A stretch of 64,000 nucleotides of DNA, taken from NCBI GenBank assembly GCA_051362555.1, contig CM120640.1, forward strand, positions 39,596,788 to 39,660,787, read 5' to 3'. Below, piece after piece: positions 1 through 17,256 of the stretch. The translations under genes and the position numbers were made by a program. This DNA comes from Lingula anatina (Eukaryota; Animalia; Brachiopoda). Numbering within the stretch: the stretch's first letter is position 1; each line of letters starts with the position of its first letter. Under the pieces are notes generated by a model that was given only the letters and a program-made list of their open reading frames with translations, made no database searches and had not been told where the DNA came from.

Positions 1-251
1 ACACACACACAAACAGTCCACGCATGTACTAGTAACTCTTATGACTTGATGCAGCATTCAGTTGCTTTGTGGTTGGGGTAAGGGTAGAGGGGATGAAGGT
101 ATTTCTAAAATGGAGGACATATCTAAAAGTGGGTGTGACATATTCAGTTTGGAGTTTGAAGTGATATTGTTAGTCAGGAAAACCACATGGTTCCTGACCC
201 AATCAATTTTTGTTTTGCTTCTCACTGTTTTTTTTTTTCTTCAAATTTCAG

Positions 252-5821
<5,570 letters not shown>

Positions 5822-7446
5822 GCACAGACATGTTTTGGTGGCCCTGTAGGCCTCTGTTATTTACCATTCCCTAAACGAGTTGCCATAGTCACACCAGTTA
5901 GCACAACTCGAAGTCATGGAGACCTTGTCCCCTTTATTGAGTAACCATGGCAACTGACCTTAGAAAATGTGAGATACCTCTGCATAATCACAAGTCCCTG
6001 TGAGTGTCAGTGCCTTACCATGACCACTCCAAATGGAGTACAGCATTATTTTTGCTGGAAAGTCTTCTATGGTGAACCGTTTCTTTGTTTTCCTTTCGTT
6101 ATAAAAGAGGTGCTGACAGTTTATGAGACTGTCTGTATATCAGCAAGTACTAATGTTTGCATACAACTTTTGTAGATTCTTCAGCTGCAGAATACTTTTC
6201 TAAAAATTATGTGCAATGTGATGCTGAAGTTTTAACTTTATATTTTTACGAAAGAGGCATGCAAAGTGTAGTTTTTAGACAGCTAAATTGTTGTCTTTGT
6301 AACATCGCTTTGTAACAGCTCATTTACTGATTCTGCAAATGTTGTGAATGTAATGTTAAATTTGGTTTCAGTTAATTTGTTTAAAGTTGCCAAGTATGAT
6401 GTATGATATATCTTTCTACATTTTGACTGATGTTGCATTGTTAGACGTCTTATATCCACATTTCAGGAAGAATAGGGTAGTTATAAATCCATGTTTTAGA
6501 ATGATACAGCTCTAGTCAGTGGCTATCAATGATCATCATGTATGGTAACCGACTCATTCTTTTCAATGAGAAAAATTGTGATTTTTACAGATGCTGTATT
6601 TTTTCAGGTCATAAATTCTTAAAATTGAAACCTAGTGATAGGAACAAAACTGAAAATCTGGCTACTATATAAGGAAAAAGTGCTGTAAATACTAAAGATC
6701 AAAATTATTTGAATGTAGTGATTCAAGAACTAAATATCTGAAAGATTGATAATTTTTCCTTATTGAAAAGATCAAGTCAGTACCGTAAATTTGTCTTGTA
6801 TTTCACCTGCCTGCTCATTGAACTTTGGTAATAGCGGTTTACCCAAGTACTTGGTGTTACTACCCGCTGATCTTTACTGTTTATTTGTCTTTTTAGCTGT
6901 GGATCATTTTTAATGTATTATCTTTAATTTCTGAACATGTGTAGACATTAAAAGGGTATATGTAACTTAATAGACAGTGCACTTGTACCGTATACTGGTA
7001 GGTATGTATTGTGACCAAATGACTTTCACCCATCTGCTCAGCATTTAAATGATAAATAAGTGTTAGAACATTCCAGTTCTGGCAGAATTCTTTATTTACA
7101 TGTTAGTGATAGTTGATGTATATACTCTGAAGTGAATTGCAATTTGTCTATATCTGCCAATTGGGGAAGTCCCGTAAGTGTGATCACAGCTGGGGACACA
7201 TTTATCAAGGCTAAAGTTATAGCACAAAGATGTTGTTTTAATTTATTCTGTGATTGTAAATACAATGTTACTTTTTATGCTGCATTTATAGTGAACTGTG
7301 TTGTGAAAGTAAAATTGTAATTTTTACCATTTATGTCCTGGGGGGAGGGGGTTTGTTATAACCATTAGATAATTAGAAAGTACAAGTGATTATGACAAAA
7401 TAAGTAAACTGTGTTATGTCCTTTTTAACACAAAAAGGTTCAGTGA

Positions 7447-7763
7447 CAGGCCTACCCAACTACCAGACTTGGCACTGAATGATCCAGAATTCACCGGTAG
7501 ATCGGATCACACTACCCGTTTTCAAGGTGTGCGTCAGAACGCATTTCACAGTATCATACCCTGAACAAATTTTGAGTGGTGATGCAATACTTTCCAACCC
7601 CACTGAGAATCATCACTATCACATCGCGTACTAGGCAAGAGCAGTGTCGCATCTGATATTTCGAAGTGCGTACTAACGCATACCTTGAAAATGGTTAATG
7701 CGGTCCGATCTACCAGCGAGTTCAGGATCATTCGGTGCCGAGTCTGGTAGTTGGGTAGGCCTG
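7447..7763. mobile_element. MITE with long imperfect terminal inverted repeats (CAGGCC ends)
   Basis: CAGGCCTACCCAACTACCAGACT...AGTCTGGTAGTTGGGTAGGCCTG; arms pair over about 100 bp. Flanks agtga/agtca are a 4/5 match to a 5-bp TSD. Confidence 0.85.
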
Positions 7764-8656
7764 AGTCACATATACATGTAAATGGGCTTTCAAAGCCCTG
7801 AAGGGAATTTGCAGTGGTTTAATAAGCCATTGTACCAGAAAGTAATGGCAGTTTGCAAATGGCCTAGCATATCATCTCATGCCATATAAAAATGCCAATA
7901 GTTTGATTTATCAGTTGATCATACTGAAAATTTTGACAATATCGTACATCTCTTGCAATAAAGCAAAGTGATGAATTTGTTGATCAAAACCATCGAAATA
8001 AATTATTTTGTCTGAGATTTTCAAATGTGGAAGGATACCTGGACCTTTTGCTTTAAGCACATTGTGTAAAACATACATTGCATGCGGTTAGAAACAATAC
8101 ATACTGTTTTCATGTACCACTAAGTGCCACCAGGATTTAAAAATTTTAGCTTACTGTAATTGTCGATTAATTTTAATATATTAATTTAATATTTATACTG
8201 ATATAAGTCCACATTGCATGAATCTCTGTTTATCTGTTAAATAATAATTGTTTGCAAATATCCATATATGAAGGACAAATAAATATAAAGATTTGATGTA
8301 ACACTGCTTTAATTTGGCTTTTGGAATGTGGTGACTAAATATTGCACATAATTCGGGGAAAGCAAAAAAATTCACAAAAACTACAAACAAATTGGAATCA
8401 CTGCCTTAAAGTTCCTCTTAAAAATGTCCTGATACAATATTAAGACGCACATTGGCTGCATTCATTTAAAAGTTGTTACTGTATAAAACTTAAAAGGGAT
8501 TCTTTGGTCATAATGGACAATTATAAATACTTCCTTAGCATCATACATTTAGTAAAAACAACAAACACAAAACCAAAAATTCTTGGTTCAACTTGTTACA
8601 AACATGGCTGCTGATCAACGAAGTAAGGACAACCGCTACCAGCTTAAATTCTTGTT

Positions 8657-11600
8657 TCACAGTAAGTGGTGATAAAAGGGATTCACATCCAGAGAACACT
8701 CTGCACAAGGAAACTCTTTGATGAAAAATGGTTCATACCTATAATAAAGAAATATAAATGGATGTACATGTGATTAGCTATGATAAAAGGTTAATTAAAA
8801 TATATATTTTTAATGCCACCCAACCTCGGGTAAACTAGAAGATTACAACCTGTAACTGTCTGAAGCACATTACCACGAGGTTTAGATGCCCAAGGCCTGA
8901 CAGCTTTATTTTCAAACCACTGTTATCAAAAGCACATTAGCCATGATCTTCACTATTCACAAATGCTTGCTTTTAGAAATGCCCTTTCTATCATGTGGAT
9001 GCCAGGCTCCCATTATATTTGGTGTGATGTATACTGGGCAATTAAAAAAAGTATGTAAATGATCCCATCCTGTTTTCACTCACATCTTGACAAACTTATT
9101 TGAATAAATATCTGATAGCTTGTTTATGGGAGCATGAAGGTTGGCCAAGAAACCAAAGTGAACAAAGAGGCAGTCTGGTTGATTTGACTGATGAATTGAC
9201 TGGTTGATTGATTAACTGGGAAGACTATTTCACATTCCGTCATCGAAATCTGCAAGAACCTGAAGCTCAGGGTGGTACTGACTGAGAAATAAAAATAAGT
9301 TGTTATTGGTTGCCATATAAGACTGCAAAATTAAGTATCAGATCTAATTCACTGTCTTACATAATCCGCAATAGCACACCCGAGACATCTGCCAATATCT
9401 CACACAACCTGAACCACATAACATGTATACAACACCTACCAGAAATTAACTGCCAAATTCCTGTGATCCTGTTGTCCAGGAGACGACATGACTTCATGCC
9501 ACCAGTATGCAGGCATGAACAGAGCTTCTCCCTCATTTATAGTGCAGTTCATAGGGTAAGCATCTTAAATGAAAAAGATTTTGAATGTCAAAGTTAAAGG
9601 CACCATTGTGGATATGTATCAATATCACACTATCACATCTCAAGCACAACTAGCACACAAGCATATCTCTGTAACACAGCAAATTTAAACTAATATGCCA
9701 CAGCTACCACACACCATACTTGTCCCACCAAGCAAATTATCACATCTCTAACACAACTAGCATGCTCATGCAGCTTTGTCACACTTAACACACTATATCA
9801 AAACTCTACCATGCTCAGGTCATTTTCACAATTATGAAATATGCATACCTATCACGACACCAAATATTTGCCACACCTAGCACATCACAACATCTCTGAC
9901 ATTGCCCAGGAAACCACCACAACTCTGGCAAACTTGGCTCATACATCTGTATCACACTTTGTGCACAACTTATTTGTGTTACATTTAAGATATTCACATT
10001 GTTCCATCGCATCTATAACACTATTAGTACCACATTTGCACTGCACCTACTAGTAAATCATTTATCTGTCATAAGATGCATACTAGTATATATGCAAATA
10101 CTGTCCAGGAGCAAAATGTATTTGAGAACATTGTCTAATTTTTGATAAGGAAAACAATGCATTAAAATGTGATGTTATATGTGAAAGAAAAAAAGACAAT
10201 AAAACTGAATAATCTGGCATTCTTCTCTTTGACATCACTGGCAGTGAATCATAATGCAGTTGATCTACATTGTATAGTCACCTGCAAACTGGGGAAACCT
10301 CTGAAAGTCTGGATTACGAATGTCTACTGGTGACATAACCATTGAGGTGCTGTCCAAGAGGCCCTTTCTCAGAAACTGCTTTGTGGTTTTATTAAACTTC
10401 AGCAAAGCTTCTGGTATGTGGGCCTCGTAAAGGTTTGTGTTGTCATGGGGATCAAACAAAGTCACTTCCTTCTGACCACTTAACTACAAATGGAAAATGA
10501 AAATCACTGTGTTACACAATCCACAAAATACCCTAGTAATACTTCTTGTCGTAGTTTTTCTGTTGTTATGTAACTCAAGTTAACATTTTTTAATAACTCA
10601 TTTATTACATAACACATCCAGCCATGCTGGCTAACTGGTAGAGAGAGAACAATGCATTATGGGAGATATGTTAATTACATTATAATATGCAACATCTCCC
10701 TTTTTTTTAAATAAAAATAAATCCTGGAATTATTATTTTTTTTTTTAAAGTTGCTAATAAACATAATCAGTTCACTGTCCGTGTTGTCTTTGTCTCCAAG
10801 ACATTTCAATGTTCACAGTTCATAGGCACATGTAAATGTTTTTTTTTTTGTTTTTTGTTTTAACACAAAAGTCAACAGAATCTCAAGTCCAGAGTTCATA
10901 AATGAAACAATTATGATTAAGCTTATTCAAATTACAGTCAATTTTGTGACACTTTCACAACTGACTTGTTACAGTCACTATTACTGAATTTATTCATAAG
11001 TTCAGTCTCTCTGGAGGTTTAATGTTCCTGCTTGATCTGCGTAAGGGTTGAGATTGAGGTGTTTCACATTTTGTAACAGTCTCTGTGTTTGTAATGTCAA
11101 CAAGAGGTTCATCAGTTTCCTCAATCTCATTGTTTCTGAAATCAAAATGTTCTTTTGTCTTATGAATGTGTTTCCTGTTGCGTCGGTAAATTCCACCATT
11201 GGATTCCACATAATAAGATCTGGGTTTGTCTGATACAGTTTTAACTTTGGCAGGTTGCCATGTATTATTCTGAGTGTCATACATGCGAACAAATTCTCCT
11301 TCATGTAAAGGTGCAAGTGGTTGGGCATGCTGATCATAGTGGGTTTTACTTGCGTTCTGTCTCTTCTGTAATGCTACATTGTAGTCGGAGTTCAACTGTG
11401 ACTGTCCAGCGGGAATATTTGTTTTATACTTCCGGTTATTCAATAACTCACAAGGCGCTGGTAGGTTGTGATCAATGGGTGTTGTGCGAAGACATAACAT
11501 GGATAGGTGGGGATCTGAATTTGATTCCCATGCTTTCTGAAATAGACTTTTAACAGTCTGTACCATTCGTTCTATGAATCCATTTGACTGCGGATACATA

Positions 11601-14600
11601 GGTGAGGATGTAATGTGCGTAAATCCCCAAGTGTTTGCGAAGTTTTTGAATCCTTCTGATGAAAACTGAGGTCCATTGTCAGTTTTAAGAATCTCAGGGA
11701 TGCCATGTTCCTCGAATATGCTCTTTAAGTGTGCAATTACACTGCCTGATGATGTACTTGGAAGTTTCCTCACTAAAGGATATTTGCTGTACTGGTCAGC
11801 AACTAATAAGTAGTCAGTTTGTCTCCAATAGAACAAATCTGCTGCTAATGTGTGCCATGCGCGGGGAGGTACATCTGCTGGCAATAAGGGTTCCTTACTG
11901 TTGGCAGCTTGGTGTTTCTGGCAAGGTGGACACAGTCCGACTGTGTGCTCAATATCATTATTCATGCCAGGCCAGAATACAGACGATTTTGCACGTAGCT
12001 TACATTTCTCCACTCCCTGGTGGGCATAATGTAGCTGTTTAAGTAGGTCAGGGCGAAGTACTGTAGGAATAATCATCCTATTCCCCTTCATTATGATTCC
12101 ATCTGCGATGCCTAACTCATCACGGTAGTTCCAGTATGGGTGAAGAATTTCTGGACACTCGCTGCGTGTAGCTGGCCATCCTACAGAAATCATTTCACGA
12201 AGAGCTGCTAGCTGTGGTTCCTTACTGGTTTCCTCGCGAATTTGCTCAATGCGTGTTGGACTTGCGTTCATGTACGAGTGTAATTCATGTACTGTAATGT
12301 CAAGTCCTTTGATGTCATCACCATCACAAGGTTTCATGCGAGAGAGGGCATCAGCTAGTCCTATATTTTTGCCTGGGACATACACAATCTCTGTGTCATA
12401 ACACTGCGTTCTCAGCAACATGCGAGTCAGACGCGGTGGTGCGTTGTGTAGGTGCTTCTTGAAAATGGCTTCTAGAGGCTTATGGTCAGTCTCTACTTTA
12501 ACATGTCTACCATAGACATAATGGTGAAACTTTTCAAGACCAAACACTACTGCTAACATCTCGCGTTCAATGTTGGAGTAACGTGACTCTGTTTCTGTGA
12601 GTGCTTTGCTAGCATATGCAACTGGGCCTTTATCCTGGATTAAGGCAGCTCCTAATCCATAAGATGAAGCGTCAACTTGGAGTGTAAGTGACTTGCTACT
12701 GTCGTAGAATTGTAGGTTGGTTGCGTTTGCTATTTCTCTTTTAATCTCATTGAATGCAATACTGTGTTCAGCATTCCACTGAAAAACACTATCCTTCTTG
12801 CACAGGTCTCTGAGACTGGCTGTAAGTTGCGACATGTGGGGAATGTATCTGCTTAGATAATTGGTCATCCCAAGGAATGTTTGTAGCTCGGATACATTTC
12901 TCGGCTCATTCATTACATTAATGGCTTCTACCTTTGCTGGGTCTGGTTTTAGCCCGTCTTTTCCTATAATATGACCGAAGAATGGAATTTCCTCCTTTCT
13001 AAGAATCATCTTGTCTTCATTAAAGCGTATCCCCTTTCTTCTGGCTGTATCTAATACTACGCGCAGAGTCGCATCGTGGTCAGATCCGTCTTTCTGCCAA
13101 CCTGCTATGATGAGGTCGTCGGCGATTCCGGTACACCCTGGAATGTCTTTGAATACTTCTTCAATCTTGGCCTGGAAGACGTCTTGAGATAGCGAGAGGC
13201 CAAAGGGTAGTCTGTTGTATCTAAATCTTCCGAAGGGCGTATTGAAGGTAGTCAGAAGAGAACTTTCTTCATCTAACGTGATATTCCAATACCCACTCCG
13301 AAGGTCAAGTATACTGAAATAACGTGCGCCACTCAGTTGAGGTAGGATGTCATCCAGTGTTGGTGTGTAGTGGTGTGGACGTCTAATTGCCGTATTTAAG
13401 TCTTTTGGATCCAGGCAGAGACGTATTTTTCCATTGGGTTTGGTAACACATACACACGAGTTTACCCATTTCGTTGGTTGTGTGACTGGTGACAGGATCC
13501 CTTGCTCAACGAGAGAGTCCAACTCCTCCTTGAGTGCTGGCTGCAATGCAATAGGTACACGCCGTGGTGGGTGAACAACAGGAGAAACAGTGGGGTCGAT
13601 ATTTATGTGATATTCCCCATCCAATTTCCCGATACCTTCAAAGATATCCTTATACTCTGATAGTATGGACTGTCTTGTCACTGTATTTATGTTCAGAGTA
13701 ACAAGTCCCAGTTTCTGACTGGTTTCCATTCCTAGTATAACTGGTCCTTCACAGTCCACAATATAGCTGTCTGAGGTCACCATGACCTTGTCATTTGTGA
13801 ATGTCAATGTTGCTATTCCACATACTGGTAACTTACTGCCACCATATGCAGTAATCGTGTCATTTGTAGGCTTTAGTGGTTGCTGAATTGCAAGTTTTTT
13901 GAAAGAAGACAGTGGTATTACATTTCCCTCAGCACCAGTGTCTATTTTGCAACGTAATGTTGAAGTAGAGTTCCCAACTTTAACTTCAATGTCAGCAAAT
14001 GGCTTGACTGGGGACTGTTTTGACTGAATACTATCTACATATATAGAGTCAAAGCATACACTGCTACTGTCACTTTCATTTGCTACTGAATGCACAGTTT
14101 TACTATGGGTCGATGCAGTTACTGTTTTTGTTCTACATACCCTTTTCCAGTGATCTGGCTTGCCACATTTGAGACAAATTGTACCTTTAGCTGGGCACTG
14201 TTGAAAAACATGTTCAGTTCCACACTTACCACATTCTTGCAGTGGCTGTCGTGAGCGTTGCTTGCTTGGTACCTTTGATTGAGTTTGCTGGCGAGGAGTG
14301 CGATGTTGTGGCTGTCTGAAACGCGGTCTCCCTCTTTGACTGTTTCCACTTGGCCGTAGTGCATGAATTTCCTTTGCTGCTGTACTGTGAAGATCCTCAA
14401 TCTGTTTCTTAGTTGCTTCCTCTGTTCGTGCAATGACAAGAGCCTGATCTAGAGTCAAATCGTCCTCTCTTTGTAATAATTTCGCCTGAATTCGCTCTGA
14501 GTTAGTGCCGAAAATGAGAGTGTCAATTATGTGTTGATCAACATCGGTATATTTGCATTCATTTGCCACGAGTCTGATTCGTCTGACAAAAGAATCAATG

Positions 14601-16547
14601 CTCTCACCTGCTTCTTGTCTGCATGCTCTAAGTTTAAATCTCTGAATTCGAAAGTTACTCTTGGGCTTCGTGTATTCTTCCAATTTTTGCCAATACGAGG
14701 TCAACACGTCTGGATCATCAATGTTAAAAGTTTTCACAATTTCGCGGCCTTTTTCTCCGATCCAAAGGAGAAGAAATTTCACTTGTCTTTCCTCTGCTAC
14801 AGCATCTAAAGGTCCTTCAAATATCAATTCACACTTTTCCTTGAAAAGTTTGAACGTACGCGGTAAGTCCATGGATTCCCAGTCCATGTGAGGCGGCTGT
14901 ATCCCATACATGTGCTCCATTTTTTTTTCCTTTTTTTTTTTTAGTGATTCTAAATCCGTTTTTATCTTGTAGTTTGTGGGTCATCCAATCTCCAAATTAT
15001 GCTACATCCAATGTAGATCCCGATTCTGACACCATGTCGTAGTTTTTCTGTTGTTATGTAACTCAAGTTAACATTTTTTAATAACTCATTTATTACATAA
15101 CACATCCAGCCATGCTGGCTAACTGGTAGAGAGAGAACAATGCATTATGGGAGATATGTTAATTACATTATAATATGCAACACTTCTTAGGCCAGATAAC
15201 TGTCAAAAACAACAATGTTACCATTACAGTTAAGAAATATATTGCATTATAGTGATTAAATAATCAACTTTCTACATTTACCTGGAACAGTAAGTTGTCA
15301 AATGGATCAAAATGCAACCGTCCCAGAGTATAACCATCACTTAGCCAGATATTTAGGTGTCTTCTTTTCAGTAAGCCTTTGACAAACCCTGGTTCTTTTA
15401 TATCCTGCTCAAGGCTAGGGAAATACTGGGAAATAGAAGTGTATTCAAGATAGGCAGAATAGTTGCGGTGCTTCCCATGATTTTTGTCATTGGTTAGCAT
15501 CTCTAAAAAGTTTGAAAAATTTACATTCAGTGTGGCAGGTCTTACAACCACCAAATCTGGAAAGCGTAATTGTTTTTTAACATCTGTTGGTATGGTGAAT
15601 GTTTTGTGATCTTCCCATAATTCTGCCTTTTCCACACCTTCAAAGTCACCATTTGGAGTCAGTTTGACATGCACTTCTTCATGCAAATACCTTTCCTTAA
15701 AATAATCAGTCGTCCACTTTGAGAGCGCAGCCCAATCCTTCATAGTGCCCCTAATTATAACAGGTTTGGAACGCTTGACATACTCATGAAAGAATTCCTC
15801 TTTAGTAGGCATGTGGATTCTATCACAAACTGCTAAATGTTTATGTCTGGCTGCTGTCCCACTGGAAGATGCACATGTGTCCATCTGGCTAGCAACACAG
15901 TCATAATTCTCATCATCACCACGCCGTGTGTCATGCTGATCACTACCTTTGACCTTGGCCAGCCAGCTCTGATATCTCAACAGTAATGGGTTTGGCTGAC
16001 TATTGAACAAAGAGGACATACTGGCAATATTTTCTGAGGAATGCACCACGTGAAAGAGATTTTGAAGAATGTCTAACCTGTGTAATCCCTCCACTGACAC
16101 ATGCCCCGATTCAGTTCTGAAAGAATCGCAGACATTATTGACAAATTGCACCAGGGATGACAGTGTCACAGGTCCGCTGTAAACTTCTGCCTCTGGGGTC
16201 CACATATTCGCAGGAGCGGGCAGTAGACATGTACGATCGTTTTTTCTCTTCCGAAATGCAATAAAATGCGTGTTGTTGTTAGGTCTTTTATTCGCCCACT
16301 TAATTTTCCTATTAAAAGGCCACGCTAATCCTTGAATATCCAATGATCCAAATGTCACGTTTTCCTCTTTAAAAATGCCCTCTAATTCTTCCAAGATTTT
16401 AGATGTTGAGGGGACTTTGGTCACAGCGGCGACGACACAGGATGTTTCCACTGCATGCAAAATATCATCGGATTTTAAATTATGTACACATTGAGAGAAT
16501 TTTACCAGTAAAATGCACATTGTGATGTATAGAGTCCATATTCCCAT
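8657..16547 (-). CDS. JmjC (cupin_8, JMJD7/HSPBAP1/TYW5-like) Fe(II)/2-oxoglutarate oxygenase with an N-terminal signal-peptide-like segment
   Basis: Exons 16547-15282, 10483-10282, 9563-9440 and 8738-8657 join in frame. Motifs KPVIIRG..DWAALSKWT, NIWLSDG.TLGRLHFDPFDNLLFQLSGQKEVTLF, GEALFMPAYWWHEV, NLAVNFWY give an intact HxD...H triad and the 2OG-binding Lys. Confidence 0.9.
10547..15182 (-). mobile_element. Full-length Ty3/Gypsy LTR retrotransposon (Mag-like) in intron 1 of the JmjC gene
   Basis: 148-bp LTRs (10547-10694 and 15035-15182, TG...CA) that appear identical. 5-bp TSD CTTCT (10542-10546, 15183-15187). PBS TGGTGTCAGAATCGGGAT (15034-15017), similar to a tRNA-Leu 3' end. Polypurine tract at 10695-10708. 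Confidence 0.97.
10994..14920 (-). CDS. Gag-Pol polyprotein (1308 aa, single ORF)
   Basis: Two CCHC knuckles (CGKCGTEHVFQQC, CLKCGKPDHWKRVC), protease IDTGA, RT LPFGL...IADD, RNase H VDASSYG..ERE..TDHKPL, integrase HHCC and D-D-E (ADLF, TDNG, IERM). Domain order is PR-RT-RH-IN. Confidence 0.97.
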   Translation of the reverse strand: MEHMYGIQPPHMDWESMDLPRTFKLFKEKCELIFEGPLDAVAEERQVKFLLLWIGEKGREIVKTFNIDDPDVLTSYWQKLEEYTKPKSNFRIQRFKLRACRQEAGESIDSFVRRIRLVANECKYTDVDQHIIDTLIFGTNSERIQAKLLQREDDLTLDQALVIARTEEATKKQIEDLHSTAAKEIHALRPSGNSQRGRPRFRQPQHRTPRQQTQSKVPSKQRSRQPLQECGKCGTEHVFQQCPAKGTICLKCGKPDHWKRVCRTKTVTASTHSKTVHSVANESDSSSVCFDSIYVDSIQSKQSPVKPFADIEVKVGNSTSTLRCKIDTGAEGNVIPLSSFKKLAIQQPLKPTNDTITAYGGSKLPVCGIATLTFTNDKVMVTSDSYIVDCEGPVILGMETSQKLGLVTLNINTVTRQSILSEYKDIFEGIGKLDGEYHINIDPTVSPVVHPPRRVPIALQPALKEELDSLVEQGILSPVTQPTKWVNSCVCVTKPNGKIRLCLDPKDLNTAIRRPHHYTPTLDDILPQLSGARYFSILDLRSGYWNITLDEESSLLTTFNTPFGRFRYNRLPFGLSLSQDVFQAKIEEVFKDIPGCTGIADDLIIAGWQKDGSDHDATLRVVLDTARRKGIRFNEDKMILRKEEIPFFGHIIGKDGLKPDPAKVEAINVMNEPRNVSELQTFLGMTNYLSRYIPHMSQLTASLRDLCKKDSVFQWNAEHSIAFNEIKREIANATNLQFYDSSKSLTLQVDASSYGLGAALIQDKGPVAYASKALTETESRYSNIEREMLAVVFGLEKFHHYVYGRHVKVETDHKPLEAIFKKHLHNAPPRLTRMLLRTQCYDTEIVYVPGKNIGLADALSRMKPCDGDDIKGLDITVHELHSYMNASPTRIEQIREETSKEPQLAALREMISVGWPATRSECPEILHPYWNYRDELGIADGIIMKGNRMIIPTVLRPDLLKQLHYAHQGVEKCKLRAKSSVFWPGMNNDIEHTVGLCPPCQKHQAANSKEPLLPADVPPRAWHTLAADLFYWRQTDYLLVADQYSKYPLVRKLPSTSSGSVIAHLKSIFEEHGIPEILKTDNGPQFSSEGFKNFANTWGFTHITSSPMYPQSNGFIERMVQTVKSLFQKAWESNSDPHLSMLCLRTTPIDHNLPAPCELLNNRKYKTNIPAGQSQLNSDYNVALQKRQNASKTHYDQHAQPLAPLHEGEFVRMYDTQNNTWQPAKVKTVSDKPRSYYVESNGGIYRRNRKHIHKTKEHFDFRNNEIEETDEPLVDITNTETVTKCETPQSQPLRRSSRNIKPPERLNL

Positions 16548-16929
16548 CCTCGGCAGTCATTTAGTATAAGACTTACATAGAGGGATTACGTGTCCAAATG
16601 CTAGAGGATTTTCATTCTGTTGTTGATGCCCTGGTTGATTATAGGTGTCAGGACGACCAGACAAGCTAATCACTTTCCTTTTCTTATTAAAATTTTTGAC
16701 TGGTTATAAGTCAAATTTTCCAGCAATGGACGTTATTTATATACACAAACAATTTGAAAATCTTTAAGATAGTACTGAAAGTTCAGGTAGAATTGACATT
16801 CCACGAGACTTAAAATTATTAGATTCATTGTATTGAAGATAAGCCCCACCTATAGTTCTTAATCCTACCAAAACAGAGAGAGATGACAGCAAACCTAGAA
16901 ATTATATTTTGAAACGGAGTTTATCAGCC
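16548..16929. promoter_or_regulatory. Probable bidirectional promoter between the JmjC gene and WDR45
   Basis: Divergent start codons only 382 bp apart (16547 on -, 16930 on +). Confidence 0.55.
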
Positions 16930-17193
16930 ATGTCCAGCAGGGGAGTGAATAACCTGCGATTTAATCAAGATCATGGTATTTAATATTTAATGTTTCATAA
17001 TGTGATGTAATAATCTTCTTGAATACAATGTTTATGTACTACATGCAGTTCCTACATTTTACCTGTAGTTTTTATTTCCTGAATATACACTGTAATTATT
17101 AATAATTTTCGTATGTTGTGCAAGAAAACAAACGAAATACTTGCCCAAATAATGGTAATAATTGTCAATTGAAATAGTCCAATGTGATATGTT

Positions 17194-17256
<63 letters not shown>

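Noticed and set aside
11002-14891. Short alternative-frame and antisense ORFs inside the Gypsy element
   Set aside because: These are shadows of the long gag-pol ORF with no recognisable domains or env-like features.
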